The translations under genes were made by a program, and so were the position numbers. DNA of 64,000 bases from NCBI GenBank assembly GCA_030525085.1, contig JAUNFK010000001.1, positions 13,516 to 77,515 on the forward strand, given 5' to 3'. The notes below the pieces were generated by a model. It did not search any database and was not told where the DNA came from. It saw only the letters and a list, made by a program, of their open reading frames with translations. The stretch is from a bacterium (GTDB lineage: Bacteria; Bacillota_I; Bacilli_A; RF39; UBA660). Shown in pieces: positions 39,177 to 47,136 of this stretch (the stretch's first letter is position 1; each line of letters starts with the position of its first letter).

Positions 39177-40301
39177 ATGACAAAACTAAACTTACCACAT
39201 GAAAAAGGCGGCTACTTTGGCATCTCTAAAGATGTATACGCGGCTTTAAAAGAAGAAACAGAAGACTTCCTTAAAGGTGAAGAATTCTTAAACTCACATG
39301 AATTTGCAAGAAAAGTAATGCTGACACATGAAATAAAAGCTAATAATACACTAGAAGGAATAAGAGATGACATCACCCTTATTCAAAGCGTTATAAACGA
39401 TGCAAGTAAAGTTAAAGATGAAAAACAAAGAAGACAAATCATCAATCTTTACGAAGGATATAGATATATTCTAAGCCATGATGACATCACTGAAGAGTCC
39501 CTTGCTGAATTATACAAAATCTTAAGTAATGGCCTACTATGTGAAAGTGACCTTAGAAGAATGGGAAAATATTATAGACAGGACGATGTATATATTTTAT
39601 TTAATGGACGCATCGACGACACAATGGATAAAGGAGTATCACCAGAATTAATTGAAAGCTTTATTCAAAGTTATTTAAATTTTATAAACGAGCCATTTAA
39701 TGAAGAATGTATGACTGACTATTTCATCAAATCTTGCATTATGCATTTCTTCCTAGAGTATATTCATCCATATTTTGATGTTAACAGTAGAGCTACAAGA
39801 ACAGTTGCTTTATGGTATTTAATGAAAAACGCTTGCTATCCATTCATCATCTTTAACAGAGGTATAACAATGGATAAAACAGCCTATGAGAAAATGCTTA
39901 TTGATACCAAAAAATCAAAAGACATTAGTTACTTTATAAGATACATGCTAGCAAGAACTAAAAGAGAACTAGAAAAAGAATATCTAATTCATCAAATTTC
40001 AGAAAGTTCACCTAAATTAAGTGTCTTAGATTACCAAACTTTATCATATTTTCTAGAAATGAAAGGTGAAGCAAATGTTTTATCTTTTACCACACTATTT
40101 AATTACTATAATACCCATAAAAGACCTAAAGAACTATACGAAACAATGCTAGACCCACTAATTCAAAAAGGCGTATTACAAGTTGAAAGAACGACAAGTA
40201 AAACAATGTTTGATGGTAAACGAAATGAAGTAATCTGCATTAATCAAGATAGATACACTCCAAATGAACCAAAAATCAAAAGACTTTACACAGAAAAATA
40301 A
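39177..40301 (+). CDS. Fic/DOC-family protein with a degenerate Fic motif
   Basis: The Fic motif position reads 'HPYFDVNSRATR', against the canonical HPFx(D/E)GNGRxxR. A winged-helix-like C-terminal region follows. Confidence 0.6.
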   Translation: MTKLNLPHEKGGYFGISKDVYAALKEETEDFLKGEEFLNSHEFARKVMLTHEIKANNTLEGIRDDITLIQSVINDASKVKDEKQRRQIINLYEGYRYILSHDDITEESLAELYKILSNGLLCESDLRRMGKYYRQDDVYILFNGRIDDTMDKGVSPELIESFIQSYLNFINEPFNEECMTDYFIKSCIMHFFLEYIHPYFDVNSRATRTVALWYLMKNACYPFIIFNRGITMDKTAYEKMLIDTKKSKDISYFIRYMLARTKRELEKEYLIHQISESSPKLSVLDYQTLSYFLEMKGEANVLSFTTLFNYYNTHKRPKELYETMLDPLIQKGVLQVERTTSKTMFDGKRNEVICINQDRYTPNEPKIKRLYTEK

Positions 40302-40519
40302 TTTCATAAAAATATCTTAAAAAAATCACACGTTTTTCACAATTCTATAATATCATTAAATCATGAAAGGAAAAGGTGATAAATAATAAGATAAAAAACA
40401 ATTATTAAATACGTTTAAAAATTATTAATTTGATATAATACTATTTTACATTTCCAAAAAATATAAGAAGACTGGCACCAACCAGTCTTTTAAAAAGGCT
40501 TTTATTATAGAAAAACATA

Positions 40520-40528
40520 TGATATAAT
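40520..40528 (+). promoter_or_regulatory. Extended -10 promoter element for the tRNA
   Basis: TGaTATAAT ends 8 nt before the tRNA 5' end. Confidence 0.5.
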
Positions 40529-40536
40529 TCAGATAT

Positions 40537-40610
40537 GCTGATTTAGTTTAGTGGTAGAACAGAAGCATGGTAAGCTTCAGAGGACTGTTCAATTCAGTCA
40601 TTCAGCACCA
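40537..40610 (+). tRNA. tRNA-Thr (anticodon GGU), CCA encoded
   Basis: Hand-folded cloverleaf. Acceptor stem GCTGATT/ATTCAGC has one U-U mismatch. D arm is GTTT-AGTGGTA-GAAC. Anticodon stem GAAGC/GCTTC carries the loop AT-GGT-AA. T arm is GACTG-TTCAATT-CAGTC, followed by discriminator A and CCA. Confidence 0.9.
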
Positions 40611-40621
40611 TTTAACAAACG

Positions 40622-40643
40622 AATCCCAACAGGGATTTTTTTA
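40622..40643 (+). terminator. Intrinsic terminator after the tRNA
   Basis: AATCCC-aaca-GGGATT followed by a T-run. Confidence 0.7.
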
Positions 40644-40702
40644 TTTATAAAAAATTTAAAAAGCATGATACAATATTACTAATAGATCTGGAGGAATGTA
40701 AA

Positions 40703-42457
40703 ATGAATGAATTTAAATGGAACTTACAAGAATTATTTACTGATGAAGAATCATTTTATAAAGAAATAGAAAATGTAAAAGTAATGCTAAATGATATCAA
40801 AAAATACGAAAACACTAAACTAAATTCTAAATCCCTACTAAATATGTTAGACGAAAAATGGAATATCAAAGAAAAAACTAATAACATTCTAGTCTATGGC
40901 TCACTAATGTATTATAAAAATATTAATAATGAAAAGTGCATTAATCTAAAAAATATAGCTGAAGCTTTTAACAATGACGTAAATGATGAATTAAAATTCA
41001 TTGACAAAAAAATACTAAGTTTAGGTTCTAAAAAAGTATCTCATTTCATAAAGGAAGAGCCGAAACTAAATTTGTATGAATTACTAATAAACAACCTTTT
41101 TAGAAGTGAAAAGCACGTGCAGTCAGACGAAATAAATAAACAAATCAAAGAAAACAACAATCTTATTAATGAACAATTAAATATATATAATAATTTATTA
41201 AGAGACACTAAATATGGCTCAATTAAAGTTGATGGAGAAGATATAGAAATAAAACAAGCAAATTTTGCTAAATATATTTCTGATGAAAATAGAGAAATTA
41301 GAAAAGAAACATATCTTACCGTTAATAGTTCATTTGAAAAAGAAAAAAATAATTTCGCTAGCATATTAAATAAAATATATGGTTATAGAATTCTAAATTC
41401 CAATCTAGAAAAATATAGTTCAGTTTTAGAAAAAACATTATTTGAAGAAAATATTAATCCTTTAATAATAAATAAACTAATAAAATCAGTAAACGATAAT
41501 TTAAACATTATTCAAAAATATTTAAAAATCAAAACTGATTTACTTAACATTAAAACACCTCACTTATACGATTTTGGAGTTCCAATAAATAGTAATTTAA
41601 AAATCGAATATTCATTAGACGAAGCCAAAGAAATAATTTTAAAAGCCCTAAAACCATTAGGCCAAAAATACATTAATGTTGTAAAAAAATTATTTAATGG
41701 TCATATCGATGCAGAGCTAGACGAAAACAAACATCAATCAATAACTTTCTCTTGGAATACATACTCATTTATGAATTTTAGAGGTGCTTATATTGATTTA
41801 AAAAACATGATTCATGAAATAGGTCACATTGTTAATTATTACTTATCCAAAGAAAAGCAGCCATTCATGTATGAAGATAGTACAATCTTCGTTGGCGAAA
41901 CAGCGTCAATTGTAAATGAAATATTATTAAATAGATACTTATACCAAAATGCTAAAACAAAAGACGAAAAGATATTTTATTTAAGCAAAGAAATAGAAAA
42001 TTATTTTTCATCAGTATTCAAACAAACTATGTATACAGAACTTGAAAATGATTTATATAACATAAAAAAAGATTCAGAATTAACATCAGAGATTCTATGC
42101 CAAAAATATTTATCTATCATTAAAAAATATTATGGATGTAATATCGCATACGACGAAATTGCCGGCGTAGAGTGGACTAGACTAGGCCATTTATATAGAT
42201 GGAGCTATTACCCATATAAATATGCTACTGGACTATTAATAGCAAGTGTAGTAGTAGATTCTCTAATTGATAAAAAGACACTAACTAAAGAAGATTATAT
42301 AAAATTTCTATCGTCTGGAAGCAACAAGTACTCATTAGACTTACTAAAAATGCTTAACATTGACTTATTAAACACTAATATAATAGAGTCAGGATTTAAT
42401 GTAATGTCACAAGATATAAAAGAATTAGAAAAAGTACTATTTCAAAATAATGATTAA
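40703..42457 (+). CDS. pepF: Oligoendopeptidase F-family (M3B) metallopeptidase
   Basis: Zinc motif 'MIHEIGHIV'. Length is 584 aa, and the overall layout resembles PepF. Confidence 0.7.
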   Translation: MNEFKWNLQELFTDEESFYKEIENVKVMLNDIKKYENTKLNSKSLLNMLDEKWNIKEKTNNILVYGSLMYYKNINNEKCINLKNIAEAFNNDVNDELKFIDKKILSLGSKKVSHFIKEEPKLNLYELLINNLFRSEKHVQSDEINKQIKENNNLINEQLNIYNNLLRDTKYGSIKVDGEDIEIKQANFAKYISDENREIRKETYLTVNSSFEKEKNNFASILNKIYGYRILNSNLEKYSSVLEKTLFEENINPLIINKLIKSVNDNLNIIQKYLKIKTDLLNIKTPHLYDFGVPINSNLKIEYSLDEAKEIILKALKPLGQKYINVVKKLFNGHIDAELDENKHQSITFSWNTYSFMNFRGAYIDLKNMIHEIGHIVNYYLSKEKQPFMYEDSTIFVGETASIVNEILLNRYLYQNAKTKDEKIFYLSKEIENYFSSVFKQTMYTELENDLYNIKKDSELTSEILCQKYLSIIKKYYGCNIAYDEIAGVEWTRLGHLYRWSYYPYKYATGLLIASVVVDSLIDKKTLTKEDYIKFLSSGSNKYSLDLLKMLNIDLLNTNIIESGFNVMSQDIKELEKVLFQNND

Positions 42458-42474
42458 AAAGGAGTATATTAAAA

Positions 42475-43272
42475 ATGAAAAATAATTTAATAAAAATATC
42501 TATTACACTCATTGCGTGCTTAATCATTAATCCACTTAGAACATATGCGCACCCAGGCAGAACAGATATATATGGCTGTCATACATGCAGAACCAATTGT
42601 GAAAAATATGGTTTAAGATATAACGAATATCACTGCCATAATGGAGGTGGTTCGTATTACCCAAGCTCTAATGAAACAACAACAAAAAGAAAAAGTACTG
42701 ATAACCGAATTAAAAATATTAAAATAAATAATAAAGAACTTATTGTAACTGATGAAATGGCTTATAAAACGAAAGCTGAAACACTAGATATTGATATCAT
42801 TTTAAATGACGAAAATGCAACTTATGAAATAAATAAAAAAGACCTTCAAATTGGCGAAAATATTATTGAAATAAAAGTTACTGCTGAAAACGGAAGTATA
42901 AAGACTTATAAATTAAATGTCACAAGAGAAGCACTCAGTAATAATACAAATCTTAAAGTATTAATAAATAATTATGAAATAAATTTTAATGACGAAATTA
43001 ATGTACCATTAGAAACTCAGGATTTAGTTTACCGATATGTATTAGAAGACGAAAATGCTAAACTTGAAGTTACTGGAGATAAAGATTTAAAAGACGACAA
43101 GAACATTGTAAAGTTTCTTGTTACAGCTGAAGATGGCACTAAAAAAGAATATCAACTAGTAGTCAATAAAAGTGATGAAATTGTATATAAGAGTGAAGCC
43201 TGGACAAGCATAATCACTACTGCTGTAGTTAGTGGAGGAGTCTATTATTATATTAAAAAACATAAAAACTAA
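42475..43272 (+). CDS. Surface protein: YHYH-type N-terminal motif, two cadherin-like beta-sandwich repeats, C-terminal TM tail
   Basis: Signal peptide, then 'AHPGRTDIYGCHTCRTNCEKYGLRYNEYHCHNGG'. Two repeats end 'VTAENGSIKTYKLNVTRE' and 'VTAEDGTKKEYQLVVNK'. The C-terminal tail is 'WTSIITTAVVSGGVYYYIKKHKN'. Confidence 0.55.
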   Translation: MKNNLIKISITLIACLIINPLRTYAHPGRTDIYGCHTCRTNCEKYGLRYNEYHCHNGGGSYYPSSNETTTKRKSTDNRIKNIKINNKELIVTDEMAYKTKAETLDIDIILNDENATYEINKKDLQIGENIIEIKVTAENGSIKTYKLNVTREALSNNTNLKVLINNYEINFNDEINVPLETQDLVYRYVLEDENAKLEVTGDKDLKDDKNIVKFLVTAEDGTKKEYQLVVNKSDEIVYKSEAWTSIITTAVVSGGVYYYIKKHKN

Positions 43273-43301
43273 AAAGTTATTCTGCACTGAATAACTTTTT
43301 T
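43271..43301. terminator. Bidirectional terminator
   Basis: AAAAGTTATTC-tgcact-GAATAACTTTT lies between convergent genes. Confidence 0.7.
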
Positions 43302-43303
43302 AA

Positions 43304-43531
43304 TCACAAAACATTAAACTTACTTATATCTTTTTTATTAATTACTTCCTTATAACTAGTAACATAATAATTATCAGTCTCACCAATAATAATTTTTTCA
43401 GTATCAAAGTCTTTAATTTTCAAATGAACTCTGCAAGGATAAGAAGCCTTCTTAACACTCCTATTTAAAGAACTCGTCACAACTTGCTCATCTTCATCAA
43501 AAGTATTTTTATATAACTTAGGTAAATCCAT
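43304..43531 (-). CDS. Small hypothetical protein
   Basis: 75-aa ORF with GGAGG upstream of the ATG on the minus strand. No motif recognised. Confidence 0.45.
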   Translation of the reverse strand: MDLPKLYKNTFDEDEQVVTSSLNRSVKKASYPCRVHLKIKDFDTEKIIIGETDNYYVTSYKEVINKKDISKFNVL

Positions 43532-43551
43532 AAAACCTCCTAAATAAATAT

Positions 43552-44637
43552 ATGTCTAAAAACCATTATTATAGCCAAAATAAAAATATGAAGAAAAAAT
43601 ATTTTACTCTAATCTATTTAATTATAATAATGATCTATAGTATTTATAATTTATATAATGCCAAAATAATGCTCCTAAGTTACTCAAACTATTATATTAA
43701 AGAGCTTATCTGGTTTATTCTTGGTTTTATCATAATCTTTCTAAGTACTAAAATAAATATTGATATAATTTTAAAAAATAGTAAGTACTTATACATTCTC
43801 GGTATCATTATGCTTATATGTGTCCATTTCTTTGGTATTAACATTAATGGTAGCACCAGCTGGATAAAAATAGGCAAAATAAGTATTCAGCCAAGTGAGT
43901 TTATGAAAATCCCATTAATATTATCATTAAGAACCATATCACTTAAAAACTACTCGAATATTAAAACATTTATAATCTGTTTTATTTTAACACTTATTCC
44001 TTCAATACTAGTATTTCTAGAACCAGATACAGGTGCAGTACTAATATACATTCTAATATTTTTAGCATTCACTTTTATGAAAAAATATAATAAATGGTTT
44101 TATATAATTAGTATAGTAATAATTATCACTTTAGCTTCATCATTTTTATACCTATATTTTCAAAAAAGAGAGTTATTTATATCCTTATTTGGGTCATCAT
44201 TATTTTACCGTATGGACCGTATTACTAACTTTATTAATAAAGATGGTTACCAAAGAAATCAAGCAATTTCCTCATTAAAATCATCAAAATTATTTGGTAG
44301 GGGAACTCTTATTTATTTTCCAGAAAGTGCCACCGATTTTGCTTTTACTTTTCTAGTATCTCAAATCGGTATCGTTCCAAGCATAATTTATCTTATAATA
44401 TACGCATTATTTATTCTAAACATTAAAGGTAATAAACAAAGTGATAAATATATCAAAATTTCTTTAATTACAATTTTAACATTTCAATTAATAATTAATG
44501 TATTAATGAACCTTGGCTTATTTCCAATAATTGGCATAACCTTACCATTCTTGTCTTATGGAGGAAGCAGCCTTTTATCATATATGATATTAATTAGTTT
44601 AACATTAAAAAAAGTATCAGACGATACTTATCTATAA
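43552..44637 (+). CDS. SEDS-family peptidoglycan glycosyltransferase (FtsW/RodA/SpoVE)
   Basis: 'IQPSEFMKIPLIL', 'ATDFAFTFL' and 'GITLPFLSYGGSSLLS'. Confidence 0.8.
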   Translation: MSKNHYYSQNKNMKKKYFTLIYLIIIMIYSIYNLYNAKIMLLSYSNYYIKELIWFILGFIIIFLSTKINIDIILKNSKYLYILGIIMLICVHFFGININGSTSWIKIGKISIQPSEFMKIPLILSLRTISLKNYSNIKTFIICFILTLIPSILVFLEPDTGAVLIYILIFLAFTFMKKYNKWFYIISIVIIITLASSFLYLYFQKRELFISLFGSSLFYRMDRITNFINKDGYQRNQAISSLKSSKLFGRGTLIYFPESATDFAFTFLVSQIGIVPSIIYLIIYALFILNIKGNKQSDKYIKISLITILTFQLIINVLMNLGLFPIIGITLPFLSYGGSSLLSYMILISLTLKKVSDDTYL

Positions 44638-44858
44638 GGCGGATAATAATTATATCCTCCATAATAATTATAACCAGCAGGCGGATATTGACCATAGCCT
44701 TGATATGGAGCGGACTGATATGGCATATTATTAACTGCATAAACTGGTCTTGGCCTAGCAGCAGACACTACAGCAGCTCCACCTAAACCACCAAGTAAAA
44801 AGGGAAACCAAAACTGTCTTTCACCAGCCCCATTATAACCATAATTATTATAATACAT
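44628..44858 (-). CDS. Small Tyr/Gly/Pro-rich protein with a central hydrophobic segment
   Basis: 76 aa. 'MYYNNYGYNGAG...FWFPFLLGGLGGAAVVSAA...YQGYGQYPPAGYNYYGGYNYYPPYR'. A GGAG-type RBS lies upstream on the minus strand. Confidence 0.5.
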   Translation of the reverse strand: MYYNNYGYNGAGERQFWFPFLLGGLGGAAVVSAARPRPVYAVNNMPYQSAPYQGYGQYPPAGYNYYGGYNYYPPYR

Positions 44859-44894
44859 ATAAAAACTCCTTTCATGGTATTATATGAAAAGAGT

Positions 44895-45740
44895 TTACTT
44901 AGAATATAGGCGATATAAACTTATCGAAGGCCTATCAAATAATCTGACCTTATATTTACTAGTACCAATACCCCCAGATATATATAACTTAGTATCACCT
45001 AACGTATATTCCGGATCATAATACTTTTTAGCTCCAACTGTTTTATAAATTGCTCCAGCAAGTGGGACTCTAACTTGACCATTATGTGAATGCCCAGAAA
45101 GCATTAAATTAGGAGTGTTTGGTAATTTATCAAACACATCTGGCTCATGAGAAAGAAGTATCTTATAAGTACTATCATCATCAAAATTAAATGCACTATC
45201 TAAATCAAGATTTCCTTCAAGATAATCATCTAAACCAATAAGCATCATTTTTTCACTTGTACCATTAAATATATATTCATAATTATTCTTTAACAATTTA
45301 ATCCCAGCACCACTTAAAATACTTTCATAACTATTATTTTGATCATGATTACCAGTAACTGCATAAACATCCAAAGATACATCCAGTGTACTTAATATAT
45401 TAATAATATCATTCTTTTCATCATCTTTTAAATCATAATGATAATCAACTAAGTCTCCAGTAAATACAACAATATCAGGTTTTAAAGAATTAATAGTATC
45501 AACTGCATTTTTAAGTTCATCACTAAAAGTAGTCATTCCATAGTGCACATCACTAAATTGAACAATCTTAAACCCATGAAAGCTATTTGGTATCTTATCA
45601 TTAACTACTGCATACTCTCTAATCACTAAACCAGTAGTTCCAATATATCTTGCATAATAATAGACGCCAGCACATAAAACAATTAAAAACAAAACAAATT
45701 TAATAAAACCATGCCCCTTATTTTTTTCATTCTTTTTCAT
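44895..45740 (-). CDS. Membrane-anchored metallophosphoesterase (YkuE/calcineurin-like)
   Basis: 'QFSDVHYG', 'FTGDLVD', 'VTGNHD' and 'LSGHSHNGQV'. Confidence 0.8.
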   Translation of the reverse strand: MKKNEKNKGHGFIKFVLFLIVLCAGVYYYARYIGTTGLVIREYAVVNDKIPNSFHGFKIVQFSDVHYGMTTFSDELKNAVDTINSLKPDIVVFTGDLVDYHYDLKDDEKNDIINILSTLDVSLDVYAVTGNHDQNNSYESILSGAGIKLLKNNYEYIFNGTSEKMMLIGLDDYLEGNLDLDSAFNFDDDSTYKILLSHEPDVFDKLPNTPNLMLSGHSHNGQVRVPLAGAIYKTVGAKKYYDPEYTLGDTKLYISGGIGTSKYKVRLFDRPSISLYRLYSK

Positions 45741-45749
45741 ATCACACCT

Positions 45750-46322
45750 CTAAAAAATTATTAATAATAAACTAACTAAATTATTGATTATGTGTAAAAT
45801 CATCGGATAAACAATACTATCCGTTTTTTTATATATGTAAGCAAAAAATAAACCTAAAATAAAATAAGGAATAATATAAAGAATTTCACTAAAGCCAGAT
45901 AAATGAAATGAAGCATAAAGTATGGAAGTAAATATCATATATACATATTTATTTTTAATACCATTAAATCCATATCTAAAAGTAAGCTCTTCACTAATTG
46001 GCGAAAGCACGCCAAATACAAACGAATAATGTAATGGACTAACTGTAACTAAACTTCTTAAAAGAGTTTCATTTTGTGGCAAACTAGTCACTTTAGAAAT
46101 CAAAAACAATGATAAATAATTAAGTAATATCATTGGAATTGCCAATAACAAAAATTTTAAATTACTAACCTTAAAGTTTTTAAATTCATCATTAATACTC
46201 TTAAAATTAAGTAAATAAACTAGCACAATAATAAATAAAGAACCATAAAGCGGCATTTTTGCCAAAGTAACACTTCCAATTAAAAAGATAAACAAAATCT
46301 TTATAGATTTAAATTTTTGCAT
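45750..46322 (-). CDS. CPBP-family intramembrane metalloprotease (CAAX protease-like)
   Basis: 'PISEELTFRYGF', 'ASFHL' and 'MILHIINN'. Confidence 0.8.
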   Translation of the reverse strand: MQKFKSIKILFIFLIGSVTLAKMPLYGSLFIIVLVYLLNFKSINDEFKNFKVSNLKFLLLAIPMILLNYLSLFLISKVTSLPQNETLLRSLVTVSPLHYSFVFGVLSPISEELTFRYGFNGIKNKYVYMIFTSILYASFHLSGFSEILYIIPYFILGLFFAYIYKKTDSIVYPMILHIINNLVSLLLIIF

Positions 46323-46419
46323 AAGCTCACCGCCAATATTATTTTAACATAAAAAAGAGGAAAATTGTTTGAAAATGATATTTGTATATGCTATACTAGA
46401 CACAGGATAGGTGATATAT

Positions 46420-47136
46420 GTGAAATATTTAAAATCTTTGTTGGTTTTACCTTTTTTAATTGCCTTAAATGTTAACGCAGCGGAGTGCACATACAAACAA
46501 CAAGCTAATTTAAATAAAGAAGCAGCACTAGTTGAAGCTAACTACGAAGTAACAAGAGAAGAACAACCAATTACATTTGAAGACCCAGACGGATTAGGGT
46601 CAGAAGATACAACGATAATAATTGCAAAATTTAAAATCAAAATTTATAATTTATCAGAGGATTTATCCTTGGATATTACAGAAAGTGTCAAAGATAAAAA
46701 AACAGGATCTAAAACTGTTACATACGCTGATACAGAAAATGGAGTTTATACATTTACTAGTGACAATTTAGGAGATGTAATAACATACACAATTAAAATT
46801 AATGCAGCAACCGAAGGATGTGCAGGAAAAACAATAAGAACCATGACATTTAAAAAGCCAAGAGTAAATCCATATGCAGCACTAGCAATGTGCAAAGAAC
46901 ACACAGATGTTCAGTACTGCGAAGAATACACAACAAAAGATTTTGAATTTACTGAAGCTAAATTACAAGAGCTTTTAAATGAAATAGATAAACCAAATAC
47001 AAATCCAGATAATCCTACGGGAAATGGTTTCCTTAAGTTCTTAAAAAATAACTATTTATACATTATTGGTGGTGTGGTACTTGTTGGAGCCGGAGCCGGT
47101 GCTTACATCATTTATAGAAAGAAGAGAGTATTATGA
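46420..47136 (+). CDS. Secreted protein with C-terminal TM tail, unknown function (first gene of accessory operon)
   Basis: AGGTGA precedes GTG 46420. The signal peptide is 'KYLKSLLVLPFLIALNVNA|AEC'. There are four Cys residues. The C-terminal tail is 'YIIGGVVLVGAGAGAYIIYRKKRVL'. Confidence 0.6.
   Translation: MKYLKSLLVLPFLIALNVNAAECTYKQQANLNKEAALVEANYEVTREEQPITFEDPDGLGSEDTTIIIAKFKIKIYNLSEDLSLDITESVKDKKTGSKTVTYADTENGVYTFTSDNLGDVITYTIKINAATEGCAGKTIRTMTFKKPRVNPYAALAMCKEHTDVQYCEEYTTKDFEFTEAKLQELLNEIDKPNTNPDNPTGNGFLKFLKNNYLYIIGGVVLVGAGAGAYIIYRKKRVL

Noticed and set aside
40363-40386. Seven-codon mini-ORF (MKGKGDK) in the spacer between fic and the tRNA.
   Set aside because: It is too short, and there is no evidence of a leader-peptide or attenuation context.
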